This document shows, piece after piece, positions 9,379-19,129 of a DNA stretch of 64,000 bases; position 1 is the first letter of the stretch, and each line of letters opens with the position of its first letter. A program made the translations under genes and the position numbers. Below the pieces are notes generated by a model. The model ran no database searches. It saw only the letters and a program-made list of their open reading frames with translations, and was not told the DNA's origin. The stretch is from Parcubacteria group bacterium Gr01-1014_38 (lineage in GTDB: Bacteria > Patescibacteriota > Andersenbacteria > UBA10190 > CAIZMI01): the NCBI GenBank assembly GCA_007376145.1, contig VMFP01000002.1, positions 8,679-72,678 of the forward strand, in the 5' to 3' direction.

Positions 9379-10593
9379 ATGCGCCTCTTTCGTCACCGCC
9401 CGAGCGTCGGGATCGGCGTCGACTTCGGGACCTCGTCGGTCAAAGTAGTGGAGTTAGTTCGAGGGAGAAGCGGATTCCGCCTCGTCACCTATGCGGTGAC
9501 TCGGCAACCGAATCTCCTCCTGGACAACAACGCGCCGGACAGTGTGCCACGCGCCGCCGTGCTGCTGCGGGCAATGTTCCAGCGCGCCCACGTCAGTCAC
9601 GGAGAGGTCGCTGCTGCTCTCCCCGTGCTCTCGGTATTTTCGACCGTTCTGGAGCTGCCCCAGATGCCGGAGCGGGAGCTCAGTTCGGCGGTGACCTTCA
9701 TGGCGAAGAATTACGTCCCAAGTCCACTCACTGAGGTCGTCCTCGGGTGGTTGACCATCGGACCGCCAGAAGACTTGAACCGGTCCGCGCCTGCGGAGAG
9801 CGCTCCGGTCGGAGAGGGACAGGGCTCTTCCTCGTTCGCTCGCCTTGGAACCGGCGCGGCAGCGGCACCGCGACCGGTGGCAGGAGCGCCGCTCTCCCCC
9901 ACGAGGTCGCTCGAGATCCGCAAGATACAGGAAGTGTTTCTCACCGCGGCTCCGCGAGAACTCGTCGGGCGCTACACGGCACTCTTCGAGCGTCTGAATC
10001 TCCGGCTGGCGGCGCTTGAAGTGGAATCCTTTCCCCTGGCCCGTTCGCTCATCCGGGGGGATCGCCGCCCGATCCTCCTCGTGGATCTCGGAGACCGGAC
10101 GACGAGCTTCTCCATCGTGGAGCGCGGCTACCTCCGCTTGAACCAGGCGATTGACGTGGGAGGAGAAGCAATAACGAATGCCATCGCGAAAAAACTTTCT
10201 CTTCCGATCGACCAGGCGGAGCAGCGAAAGCGCGCCGAAGGACTCTCCAGCAGCGCGGAGGCTGGAGCCGCGGGGACCAGTGACATCGGGAGCTCGATCG
10301 CCGCCATCCTTCGACCCCTCGTCATGGAAATCATTACGCGGGCAGAAGTGGTCCGGCGTCTCTATGAGCGGAAGTCACACCGGGCACTTGCCGCGGTCCA
10401 GCTCATCGGCGGCGGTGCACGGCTTCCCCAGCTGGCGGCCTTCTGGACGAGTGTCACGGGAGTACCGTGCGAGGTAGGAAACCCGTGGCGCGGCATCTCC
10501 GTCCCCGCCCCGCTCACCGAGCACCTGCGGCGTTTGGGGCCGTCGTTTTCGGTCGCAGTCGGACTCGCCTTGCGTCCGTTTGAGGAATCGTGA
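9379..10593 (+). CDS. pilM: Type IV pilus assembly protein PilM (actin-like ATPase)
   Basis: VGIGVDFGTSSVKVVEL is the PilM/FtsA-like N-terminal motif. It lies in the pil operon. A GTG at 9340 is an alternative start. There is an internal low-complexity insert. Confidence 0.75.
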   Translation: MRLFRHRPSVGIGVDFGTSSVKVVELVRGRSGFRLVTYAVTRQPNLLLDNNAPDSVPRAAVLLRAMFQRAHVSHGEVAAALPVLSVFSTVLELPQMPERELSSAVTFMAKNYVPSPLTEVVLGWLTIGPPEDLNRSAPAESAPVGEGQGSSSFARLGTGAAAAPRPVAGAPLSPTRSLEIRKIQEVFLTAAPRELVGRYTALFERLNLRLAALEVESFPLARSLIRGDRRPILLVDLGDRTTSFSIVERGYLRLNQAIDVGGEAITNAIAKKLSLPIDQAEQRKRAEGLSSSAEAGAAGTSDIGSSIAAILRPLVMEIITRAEVVRRLYERKSHRALAAVQLIGGGARLPQLAAFWTSVTGVPCEVGNPWRGISVPAPLTEHLRRLGPSFSVAVGLALRPFEES

Positions 10594-10688
10594 CCGCTTG
10601 GGGCTAGACTCTCCTCGTGGACTGATGCGCACAGGGCTTTCTGGCCACCTCCTCGCGGAGCCATGCTATACTCCGTACTGACACCGAT

Positions 10689-11276
10689 ATGCCGCAACTC
10701 AACCTCGCTGCCGAAGTCTTCCGTTCCCAGTTGATGGCGCGACGGAGGCGCATGATCTATGGCCTGGCCATCATTCTCCTCCTGCTCGTCGTCGGAGCGT
10801 GGGCCCTGCCCGCGCTCCTCACGCGGAGTCGGGAGCAGCGCATTCAAGACGTCAACCGGAAGATCGGAACACTGGACGCCCAGCTTCAGGCACGGCGTGA
10901 AGAGGTCCGGCCGGTCGTGCTCTTCATGCGGCGTCTGGAGATGCTGAAACAGCACCTGGACGATCACTTCGGGTGGTCCCCGATCCTCGCGGAGTTCGAG
11001 CGGCTTACGCCACCGGTTGCGCGGTTTACCGCGCTCGTGGGGTCGGCCGAGACCGGTCAGTTGACGGCGCAGGTCCTCGTGCCGAGCGTCGATGCGGCAG
11101 CCGACTTCATTGCCAGCCTCCAGAATGTTCGTGGGGTGAACGAGACGCTCTTCTCACGCGTCGAGGTCAAGAATGTGGCCGTCTCGGAGGGAACCGGAGC
11201 GCAGGGGTACATCGTTTCCCTCCGCCTGCCCGTTCCCCGGTCCCTGTTCCGTCTCACCCTCGGGACGACCCCCTAG
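10689..11276 (+). CDS. pilN: Type IV pilus assembly protein PilN
   Basis: Short cytoplasmic N-terminus, a single TM (IYGLAIILLLLVVGAWAL), a coiled coil and a periplasmic domain. Gene order follows pilM. Confidence 0.65.
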   Translation: MPQLNLAAEVFRSQLMARRRRMIYGLAIILLLLVVGAWALPALLTRSREQRIQDVNRKIGTLDAQLQARREEVRPVVLFMRRLEMLKQHLDDHFGWSPILAEFERLTPPVARFTALVGSAETGQLTAQVLVPSVDAAADFIASLQNVRGVNETLFSRVEVKNVAVSEGTGAQGYIVSLRLPVPRSLFRLTLGTTP

Positions 11277-11289
11277 GCCGATTCTCTGT

Positions 11290-12000
11290 ATGGCGCGCTC
11301 CACGACCGGCATTTCCTACGCCTCTCTCGCAGTCGTGATCCTCGGTGGGCTGGTGTTTACCGTGTTTGTCACCATCCCGGCGTGGTCGACCTGGCAGGCG
11401 ACCAGACATGTCTTTGCCGAACGTGCGGCGGCTCGAGATGAGCGTATGCGCTTCCTGCAAAACATCGATGCTCGGCTTCAGGAGCTCCAGACGTACGAAG
11501 AGGATGCCCGCGTGTTATCCGTGACCTTTCCGGATACGGAAGCGCCGGCGGACGCTACGGCCATCGTCGGAGCGCTCGCGTCGCGGAACGGTCTGACCGC
11601 ACGGGTCGTTACGGGCCCGGAACTCCGGGATCAGCCCACGTCGCCTAGGGAAACGGCGCTCACCGCGCCGGTGGAAACCGTCTCCCTCGTGACGGAGGGG
11701 CGCCTCAGCGGAATCGCACCGGCAGCACCGCGATCCGCTGTACGCGGCGCGGTCCACGAGTTCCGGGTGAAAGTGCGAGGGACGTACGCCGGGGTCAGCG
11801 CCTTTCTCCGCGATCTCGAGAAGAGCGTGCGGTTCTTCGACATCCCCAGCATCGACGTCAAAGGTGGGTTCGATGACGGGTCGGCGGAAGCGGACCTTGC
11901 GATTCTCACGTACATCGCCGGGACCGGTGGTCCCTTCCTTCCCGCATCCGCCTCTGCGGCAGTGACTGGAAGCCCCACCACTCCTTCGCCGGTACCGTAA
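11290..12000 (+). CDS. pilO: Type IV pilus assembly protein PilO-like
   Basis: TM anchor (ASLAVVILGGLVFTVFV), a coiled coil and a C-terminal domain. Its position follows pilN. Start taken at the internal ATG 11290. Confidence 0.5.
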   Translation: MARSTTGISYASLAVVILGGLVFTVFVTIPAWSTWQATRHVFAERAAARDERMRFLQNIDARLQELQTYEEDARVLSVTFPDTEAPADATAIVGALASRNGLTARVVTGPELRDQPTSPRETALTAPVETVSLVTEGRLSGIAPAAPRSAVRGAVHEFRVKVRGTYAGVSAFLRDLEKSVRFFDIPSIDVKGGFDDGSAEADLAILTYIAGTGGPFLPASASAAVTGSPTTPSPVP

Positions 12001-12021
12001 TCTCCTTAAGGCATCGCATCC

Positions 12022-12312
12022 ATGGAACTCTCCCGACAGCAAAAACTTGCCTACGGAACGGTCGCGATTCTCGCGGTGATCTTCCTCGTGGTTCTCGTGT
12101 ATCTCCAGATTTCCCGAGGACGCGAGCGGGTGTCGGTCCAAGTTCCCGAGGCCGTCACGGTGGAAGGCTTGGCGCCCTCGGCGGCTGCTCGCCCCTTGGA
12201 TGTGACGGTTCTCCGCGATCCACGGTACCAGGTGTTGGATCGCAGCCTCATTGACCAGGGGCGACTTCCGGTTCCTCCACCGACGACCCGGGGGAAACCG
12301 AATCTCTTTTAA
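12022..12312 (+). CDS. Small single-TM protein in the pil operon. Hypothetical.
   Basis: 96-aa ORF with one TM helix, between pilO and pilB. Confidence 0.3.
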   Translation: MELSRQQKLAYGTVAILAVIFLVVLVYLQISRGRERVSVQVPEAVTVEGLAPSAAARPLDVTVLRDPRYQVLDRSLIDQGRLPVPPPTTRGKPNLF

Positions 12313-12454
12313 GTCTGGAAGAGGGCACGAAGTTCCCTCTTCCATGCATCACCCTCCTTTCGTGGTGCTCGCGAGTTCGGGACCTTATAACCCGCAACTC
12401 GCTCGCCGGATGACGGGGAAAGTTTCGTGTACACTATTCTGACGGAGGTGACCT

Positions 12455-14203
12455 GTGGCCGAGCAACGAACACCACAATCCGTTGAAGAGATTCTCGTCG
12501 AGTGGGGCTACTTGACGCCAGAGCAGCGTGACGCCCTGCGCGACTTGATGGCGCGGACCGGGAGGACTGCCGATGACCTTCTCTTGTCCGAGCGGTTCGT
12601 TCCGGAGGATCAGTTCGCGCGCGCGAAGGGAGTGCTCCTCGGTATTCCCTACGTGGATTTGCGGCGGACGGCGATTCATCCCGACGCCGTGAAGGAAATT
12701 TCGTTCGAGGCGGCACGGACGTACCAGTTCATCCCTTTTGCCAAGGAGGACAACGTCCTCCATGTGGCGCTCGCGCAGCCGGAAAATTTCCAAGCGCTCG
12801 AAGCGCTGAAGTTTCTCACGAAGAAGTCGGGGCTGAGTACCCAGATTCACATTGCGACCGCGTCCGCAGTGGAAGAGGCACTGTCGAAGTCGCTCGGTGG
12901 TCTCCACGCCGAGGTCGCCACCGCGATTCAGGAATTTTCCCAGGAGGTGGAGGAAGCCGGGCGGTTAGAGAAGCGGGAGGAGCGCGATCTCGAGCGCATT
13001 CTCGAAGAAGCTCCCGCCACGAAGGCGGTAGCCGTGATTATCCGGTACGCCATTGAAGGACGGGCGAGCGACATTCACATCGAGCCTGAGCCGGATAATC
13101 TCCGCATCCGTTTCCGGGTCGACGGTGTGCTCCACACGAGTCTCGTACTTCCCTTGAAAGTGCATAGCGCGATCGCCTCGCGGATTAAGATCTTGAGCAA
13201 CTTGAAAATCGACGAGCAGCGGTTACCGCAGGACGGTCGGTTTTCCACCACGGCGGGCGGACACGAGTACGACTTCCGCGTCTCCGTGATGCCGACGACG
13301 CTTGGCGAGAAAGTGGCGCTCCGCATCCTCGATAAGTCCCAGGGCGCGCTCCCCTTCGAAACGCTCGGCTACCGCGGTCGCCGGAAGGATGATCTCCTCG
13401 CGGCGCTCTCTCGCCCGTACGGACTGTTCCTCATCACGGGGCCGACCGGCTCCGGAAAATCCACCACGCTCTTCACCGCCTTGGATCATTTGAATAAGCC
13501 GGACGTGAACATCGTCACCCTTGAAGACCCCGTGGAGTACCATGTCGCCGGCGTCAACCAGACGCAGGTGAATCCCGATATCGGATTAGCGTTTGCTTCC
13601 GGTCTCCGGAGTATCCTCCGCCAGGACCCGGACATCATCATGGTGGGAGAAATCCGGGACTTAGAGACGGCGGAACTCGCCGTGCACTCCGCTCTCACCG
13701 GACATCTCGTCCTCTCGACCCTCCACACGAACGACGCTGTGGGCGCTGTCCCTCGCCTCCTTGACATGGGCGTTGAGCCGTTTCTCCTCGCGGCTATTCT
13801 CCGGCTGGTAGGCGCGCAGCGGCTCGTCCGTCGGATTTGCCCGCACTGCCGCGTGTCGGTGCCGTTGTCCGACGAGACCCGTGCTATACTAGCCGTGGAA
13901 CTCCGTGACGTACCTACTGTGGAAAAAGCCGAGGAGAACCTCCGCACTCCTTCGACGCTCGCCCAAGGGCAAGGGTGTACCGAGTGCGGGGGGACGGGGA
14001 CAACCGGGAGAATCGCGATCGTGGAAGTGGTCCCCGTGTCCGAGGAATTTCGGAACGCCATCATCCGCCGGGCGTCCCACGATGAGCTGCGGAAGCTCGC
14101 GACGGCGGCCGGGTATCTGACCATGCGACAGGATGGGATTCTGAAAGCGCTGGCGGGTGAGGTGCCCCTCGAGGAAGTGCTCGGCGCCACGTCGGAAGAT
14201 TGA
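12455..14203 (+). CDS. pilB: Type IV pilus assembly ATPase PilB (GspE family)
   Basis: T2SSE N-domain, Walker A GPTGSGKSTT, and a tetracysteine motif CPHC...CTEC. Confidence 0.85.
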   Translation: MAEQRTPQSVEEILVEWGYLTPEQRDALRDLMARTGRTADDLLLSERFVPEDQFARAKGVLLGIPYVDLRRTAIHPDAVKEISFEAARTYQFIPFAKEDNVLHVALAQPENFQALEALKFLTKKSGLSTQIHIATASAVEEALSKSLGGLHAEVATAIQEFSQEVEEAGRLEKREERDLERILEEAPATKAVAVIIRYAIEGRASDIHIEPEPDNLRIRFRVDGVLHTSLVLPLKVHSAIASRIKILSNLKIDEQRLPQDGRFSTTAGGHEYDFRVSVMPTTLGEKVALRILDKSQGALPFETLGYRGRRKDDLLAALSRPYGLFLITGPTGSGKSTTLFTALDHLNKPDVNIVTLEDPVEYHVAGVNQTQVNPDIGLAFASGLRSILRQDPDIIMVGEIRDLETAELAVHSALTGHLVLSTLHTNDAVGAVPRLLDMGVEPFLLAAILRLVGAQRLVRRICPHCRVSVPLSDETRAILAVELRDVPTVEKAEENLRTPSTLAQGQGCTECGGTGTTGRIAIVEVVPVSEEFRNAIIRRASHDELRKLATAAGYLTMRQDGILKALAGEVPLEEVLGATSED

Positions 14204-14236
14204 GGCGATTCACTCATGAGCAGAGGAGAACACCGT

Positions 14237-14626
14237 ATGGCGACATCCAAGGGGAACATCCTCCTCGTCGAAGACGACGCGTTCGTCGCCAGCATGTACC
14301 AGACGAAACTCTCGATGCTCGGATATACCATCCGCGTCGCGAGTGACGGGGAGGAAGGGTGGCGGATGCTCACCTCGGAGCCGCCGGATCTCCTTCTGCT
14401 CGATGTGGTGTTGCCGAAGCGAGACGGGTTTGAAATTCTGGCCGCCGTGCGGAAGGACCCGAAGTTGAAAGATCTTCCCATTCTCCTTCTCACGAACCTG
14501 GGGCAGAAGCCCGACGTGCAGCGGGGTCTCGAGCTCGGCGCGAATGATTACATTATCAAGGCCCACTTCACGCCCTCCGAGGTGGTCGAGAAAATCGAAA
14601 AAGTACTTCGGAAGCGGACATCGTGA
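14237..14626 (+). CDS. Single-domain response regulator (CheY-like receiver, PilH/PilG-like)
   Basis: ILLVEDD...LLLLDVVLPKRDGFEIL...ANDYIIK are receiver-domain motifs, including the phospho-acceptor Asp. Confidence 0.75.
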   Translation: MATSKGNILLVEDDAFVASMYQTKLSMLGYTIRVASDGEEGWRMLTSEPPDLLLLDVVLPKRDGFEILAAVRKDPKLKDLPILLLTNLGQKPDVQRGLELGANDYIIKAHFTPSEVVEKIEKVLRKRTS

Positions 14627-14714
14627 CGCGCCCGTGGCTGACCGGAGGGATCCTTAAAGAAGGCATGGATCAGCGTGGTTCGTCTCTGGCCCGGAGGCGC
14701 ACACGGCGCTCCCG

Positions 14715-15782
14715 ATGAATAGCGGCCCGGCGCCGGAGAAGCTTCTCGCCGAGCTCCTGGCGGAGGTCCTCTCTCTCGGGGCATCCGATTTGCATGTTTC
14801 GGTTGGCCGTCTGCCCATCGTACGGGTCGATGGCGCTCTCCGCGCACTCGAGGGACGCCCGCCGCTCTCGATGGACGACGTCACGAGCATGGTCCAGGTC
14901 GTCATGGGAATCGATCGGTCGCCCCTTTTCTTCACCGAGCGGCGGGAGGTGGACATCGCCTACGATCCGGCGGGCAGCGAGCTTCGCTTTCGCGTGAACG
15001 TCTTTTGGAGTCGCGGGGAACCCACGATTGTGTTCCGCTCCATTCCTCGGGTGATTCGGACGATCCGTGACTTGAACCTTCCCGAAACGCTCCTCCGGTT
15101 CACGGAACCGAGGCAAGGCTTCATCCTCTTGGCCGCTCCGTCCGGTCATGGGAAGACCACGACCATGGCGACGCTCGTGGATCACATCAACCACACGCGA
15201 TCGGACCACATCATCACCATCGAGGATCCTGTCGAGTACGTCTTCACCGAAGTGCGTTCATTGATCCACCAGCGGGAGGTAGGATCGGATGCGCGGTCGT
15301 TTCCCGCTGCGATCCGCGCCGCGCTCCGCGAAGACCCGAACGTGGTGGTTATTGGGGAGATGCGCGATCTCGAGACCATCGCCACCGCCCTGACCGTTTC
15401 CGAAACCGGCCACCTCGTGTTTGGCACCATTCACACGAACGACGCCGCGCAGACGATCGACCGTATCCTCGACGCCTTTCCGGCGGAGCGCCAGGCGGAA
15501 GTCCGCGTGCAACTCGCGGCCACGCTCACCGGGATCGTTTCCCAGCGTCTGGTGCCCCGTGCCTCGGGCGGGCGGATCCCCATCGTGGAAATCCTTGCCG
15601 CCACTCCGGCGGTGCGGAACCTCATTCGGGAGGGGGAAACCGCGCAGATCCCCGGTCTTATTCAGACCGGCGCAGAGTACGGCATGATCTCACTCGAGCG
15701 GTCGGTCGCCGAGCTCCTGCGCCGGGGTGAGGTGACCCCCGATAGTATTCGACCATACCTGCCCACGCTTCCTCCCCCGTGA
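14715..15782 (+). CDS. pilT: Twitching motility ATPase PilT
   Basis: Walker A APSGHGKTTT and the PilT family motifs (HINHTRSDHIITIEDPVEY, GEMRDLETI). Confidence 0.85.
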   Translation: MNSGPAPEKLLAELLAEVLSLGASDLHVSVGRLPIVRVDGALRALEGRPPLSMDDVTSMVQVVMGIDRSPLFFTERREVDIAYDPAGSELRFRVNVFWSRGEPTIVFRSIPRVIRTIRDLNLPETLLRFTEPRQGFILLAAPSGHGKTTTMATLVDHINHTRSDHIITIEDPVEYVFTEVRSLIHQREVGSDARSFPAAIRAALREDPNVVVIGEMRDLETIATALTVSETGHLVFGTIHTNDAAQTIDRILDAFPAERQAEVRVQLAATLTGIVSQRLVPRASGGRIPIVEILAATPAVRNLIREGETAQIPGLIQTGAEYGMISLERSVAELLRRGEVTPDSIRPYLPTLPPP

Positions 15783-15863
15783 GATCAATCGCGCTTCTTG
15801 GCGCGCTCGCCCGCGGAGGCTCTGTGCTACACTGAACTGAAACTACGCACATCAATATCTCCC

Positions 15864-17072
15864 ATGCCCGAGTACTACTACCGCGCGCGCACCCGCCTCG
15901 GCCACGTCACGAAAGGAACGGTCAGAGCCGCAACCCCCGAACGCGCGAGCGAAATGCTCGCGGGACACGGTCTCGCGCCTTTGGAACTCCAGGATGTCCG
16001 CGAGCTCCGGTTCTGGAAGCGGGAACTGAAGTTCGGCGGGGTCCGGATCCGCGATCGGGCGATCTTCGCACGCGAACTCGCCACGATGATTGAAGCGGGA
16101 ATCCCCATTCTCCAGGCGCTGCGCATTCTCGCCCAGCAGACGGAGAGCGTTCGACTCGCGGATATTCTCCGCAACGTGAGTTACGAGGTGGAAGGCGGCA
16201 GTCCGCTGAGCAATGCGTTGGAGAAGTACCCGCGCGCCTTTTCGGATTTCTTTATCAGCATGGTGCGCTCGGGTGAAGCGAGTGGGCAGGTGTCCCGATC
16301 GCTCCAGGCGCTGGCGGAACACGAGGAGCGGGACGCGGAGCTCATCCGGAAAGTTCGTACCGCGCTCCTGTACCCCGCCTTTGTCTTCACCGTGATGATC
16401 GTGCTCGTGCTCGTCATGGCGAACTTCGTCATGCCCCAACTGACCGATCTGTTCCGGGAAGCCAACGTGTCGCTCCCCTTCATGACCCGACTGCTTCTCG
16501 GTATGACGTTCCTCTTCCAGGCCTACTGGTGGTTCGTGCTCATCTTCCTCGGCATCGCGGGGACCATCGTGTTCAACTATCTCCGGACTCCCGAGGGACG
16601 GTACAACGCCAGCGCCTTTGTCCTCCGTCTTCCAATCTTGAGCACGCTCTTAAGGAAACTGTACCTCGCGCGATTCTCCGGGGCTCTCCAAACCCTGCTC
16701 GAAGCAGAGGTGCCGGTGGTCCGCGCGCTCCTCATCGCCCGGGATGTTCTCGCCAATCGCGTCTACCAGGAGATCATCGATCGGACAGCGGAGGACGTGA
16801 AAAACGGGAGCACGATTTCCCAAGCGTTCGAGCGCTACCCCGATATCCCCCTCATGGTGTCCGCCATTGTGGGCGTTGGCGAACGGAGCGGCCAGCTCGG
16901 TCAGGCCTTTGGGAACATCCATCGCTTTTACCGGCGCGACGTGGATGACGCGCTCGGCAACCTGACGGCGCTCATTGAACCGGTGGTCATTGTCGTGATC
17001 GGCGTTGGGGTGGCGTTCCTTCTCGCCGCTGTCCTTCTCCCGCTCTACGGGCTTGTCCAAGTCATTACCTGA
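15864..17072 (+). CDS. pilC: Type IV pilus platform protein PilC (GspF family)
   Basis: Two GspF repeats and three TM segments. Start at MPEYYYRAR. Confidence 0.8.
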   Translation: MPEYYYRARTRLGHVTKGTVRAATPERASEMLAGHGLAPLELQDVRELRFWKRELKFGGVRIRDRAIFARELATMIEAGIPILQALRILAQQTESVRLADILRNVSYEVEGGSPLSNALEKYPRAFSDFFISMVRSGEASGQVSRSLQALAEHEERDAELIRKVRTALLYPAFVFTVMIVLVLVMANFVMPQLTDLFREANVSLPFMTRLLLGMTFLFQAYWWFVLIFLGIAGTIVFNYLRTPEGRYNASAFVLRLPILSTLLRKLYLARFSGALQTLLEAEVPVVRALLIARDVLANRVYQEIIDRTAEDVKNGSTISQAFERYPDIPLMVSAIVGVGERSGQLGQAFGNIHRFYRRDVDDALGNLTALIEPVVIVVIGVGVAFLLAAVLLPLYGLVQVIT

Positions 17073-17087
17073 TCGGCAGTCAGCGTA

Positions 17088-17096
17088 TGGTATACT
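17088..17096 (+). promoter_or_regulatory. Extended -10 element TGGTATACT upstream of the pilin gene. Strong SD GGAAAGGGGGTG at 17150-17164.
   Basis: Sequence inspection only. No clear -35. Confidence 0.35.
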
Positions 17097-17167
17097 CTCT
17101 GGCACATACCAACAGCCAACACATGCGTCTGACGGCCGATGGTCTTAAGGAAAGGGGGTGAGCGCGG

Positions 17168-17650
17168 ATGAACATCAGGCATTTTCGTCTCCAGCGCGGA
17201 TTCACCCTCATCGAACTCCTCGTGGTCATTGCGATCATCGGGATTCTCGCGACGCTGATTCTGGTCGCCTTGAACGCCGCCCGCTCGCGGGCACGCGATG
17301 CCCGCATCGTCTCGAACTTGGAACAGGCCTTCACTGTCTGCACGCTCCGCAATGACGTGGACGGCGATTACCGGAACTGCAAGGTGGATGACTCAAATGT
17401 TACGGAAGAAGCCGGTGCCATTGCTCGATTGCACGCGGACACCCAGCGGATTGACGGGATCGGTGGCGCTTCGGACGGTGGGATCACCCTTTCCTTGCCG
17501 ACCGGTAACAGCAAGGTCTGCTTGCTCGTGACGCTGAACGCGAAGACCGGAACCGCCAACAAGAAGTTCTGCCGCGACGGTGAAGGGAACATAAGTCCGA
17601 CGGTCGGATCGGCGTCTGCCGCCTGCGGCGCAGGCGTCTGTACGCCCTGA
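17168..17650 (+). CDS. pilA: Type IV major pilin
   Basis: Prepilin leader MNIRHFRLQRG/FTLIELLVVIAIIGILA with the class III signal and a C-terminal Cys pair. Confidence 0.8.
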   Translation: MNIRHFRLQRGFTLIELLVVIAIIGILATLILVALNAARSRARDARIVSNLEQAFTVCTLRNDVDGDYRNCKVDDSNVTEEAGAIARLHADTQRIDGIGGASDGGITLSLPTGNSKVCLLVTLNAKTGTANKKFCRDGEGNISPTVGSASAACGAGVCTP

Positions 17651-17674
17651 AGCGACGTTTCCACTGCTGATTCC

Positions 17675-18463
17675 ATGTGGCGTATCGGCGCATTGCTTGC
17701 TGGCGCCATCGTCGGCAGTTTCCTCACCACCGTCATTGAGCGTCTCCCCTTGGAGGAACAGTTCCTCCGGGGGAGATCGCGTTGTGCGCGGTGCGGGATG
17801 CGGCTGACGCCGCGCGACCTGGTTCCCCTCTTCAGCTTCCTGACATCGCGCGGTCATTGTCGCCACTGCGGAGCCCCGATTCCTTGGTGGCACCTGGCGG
17901 TGGAGGTTGCGACACCAGTGCTCTTCATCCTCGCCGTCGCCCTCTCTCCGAATCCGTCCCTCGTCGATCAGCTCTCTCGGTGGATGCTTCTGGCCCTGCT
18001 TCTCGCGCTGACGGTCATCGATCTCCGCACCTTGCAGTTGCCCGATTCCCTCGTTGCGGCGACGGCGGTCGTCGGTGCCCTCCGCAGTCTGGCGCTCCAG
18101 CATCCTCCGTTTCCGGACGCGGTGCTCGGCGGGTCTGTCGGGCTTTTTCTCATCGGTCTTCTGGCTCTGCTCCCGTGGCGCCGCGCGATCAACGGCGCCG
18201 ACCGTGCCCCCACCACCGCCATGGGCCTGGGCGACGCGAAGCTGGCCGGCGCGATGGGGCTCACGCTTGGTCTGCAGGGGCTCCTCGCCGCCCTCTTGGT
18301 CGCGTTTGTTGCCGGCGGTCTCGTGGCTGGCCTGCTTCTGCTCTCCAAGCGCGCAACGTTGAAAAGCCGCATCCCGTTCGGGCCGTTCCTCGCGGGGGCC
18401 ACGGCGCTTCTCCTCGTGGTTCGAGAGCTCCCGGAAATCTTTTTCCGTCTCGCGGGGTTTTGA
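17675..18463 (+). CDS. pilD: Prepilin peptidase (A24 family) PilD
   Basis: N-terminal Cys cluster CARCG...CRHCG and multiple TM helices with the catalytic Asp motif GLGDAKL. Confidence 0.8.
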   Translation: MWRIGALLAGAIVGSFLTTVIERLPLEEQFLRGRSRCARCGMRLTPRDLVPLFSFLTSRGHCRHCGAPIPWWHLAVEVATPVLFILAVALSPNPSLVDQLSRWMLLALLLALTVIDLRTLQLPDSLVAATAVVGALRSLALQHPPFPDAVLGGSVGLFLIGLLALLPWRRAINGADRAPTTAMGLGDAKLAGAMGLTLGLQGLLAALLVAFVAGGLVAGLLLLSKRATLKSRIPFGPFLAGATALLLVVRELPEIFFRLAGF

Positions 18464-18493
18464 CCTAGAATACGTCGGAGGACGCACCCGGAC

Positions 18494-19129
18494 ATGACAC
18501 GGAAACTCCAGGATCCCGCGGGGTTCACCCCGTTACAAGCCCTTGAAGGAACATCTCGGAGAGATGTTCCTTCACGAGTCTTCCGAGGGGTGGGTCGGCC
18601 CAACACGGTGAGCGGTGCCAAGCCTTCGGATGTTCCTGACAGGCTTGTAACGGGGTTCACCTTTCTCGAGGTCCTCGTGAGTGCATTTATCCTCGCGCTG
18701 GTTTCGACGATCATCCTCCTCGGCGCTGCGGCCGGGCGGAGAAACGCCATTGTCCGGAGTTCCGCCCAGCAGATCGCGGGCTTCCTCCGCGAGACCGGCG
18801 GGCTCGCCTTGAACGGGGTGAAGGCCGCGAACTGCGACCCTGCGAATGTCGACTGCTCTCGGTACTTGGTGATCTTTGGCCCGTCCGGCCGGAAGAGCGA
18901 ATACGTCCGCCGGGCCGTGGGTGGAGGAACGGAGGTCCGGTCCGTCCTCCCCGCAGGCGCCGTGTTTCCCGTCACCGAGCAGGAAGTCCGGTTCGCGTAC
19001 ACCCCTCCGACGCTCACCGCGACCGCGGCCGCGATCGCTCTCGAGCACACGACGGGAGTCCCGCGGTGGTGGGTGTGCGTGACGAGTCTCGGGGGCGTCG
19101 AGGTGCATACCGGAAGTTGCCCCCCATGA
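18494..19129 (+). CDS. Minor pilin/pseudopilin with an unusually long leader. An alternative GTG start lies at ~18609.
   Basis: The GFTFLEVLVSAFILALV prepilin motif is preceded by ~60 aa in the ATG-initiated ORF. The GTG at 18609 would give a 15-aa leader. Confidence 0.5.
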   Translation: MTRKLQDPAGFTPLQALEGTSRRDVPSRVFRGVGRPNTVSGAKPSDVPDRLVTGFTFLEVLVSAFILALVSTIILLGAAAGRRNAIVRSSAQQIAGFLRETGGLALNGVKAANCDPANVDCSRYLVIFGPSGRKSEYVRRAVGGGTEVRSVLPAGAVFPVTEQEVRFAYTPPTLTATAAAIALEHTTGVPRWWVCVTSLGGVEVHTGSCPP

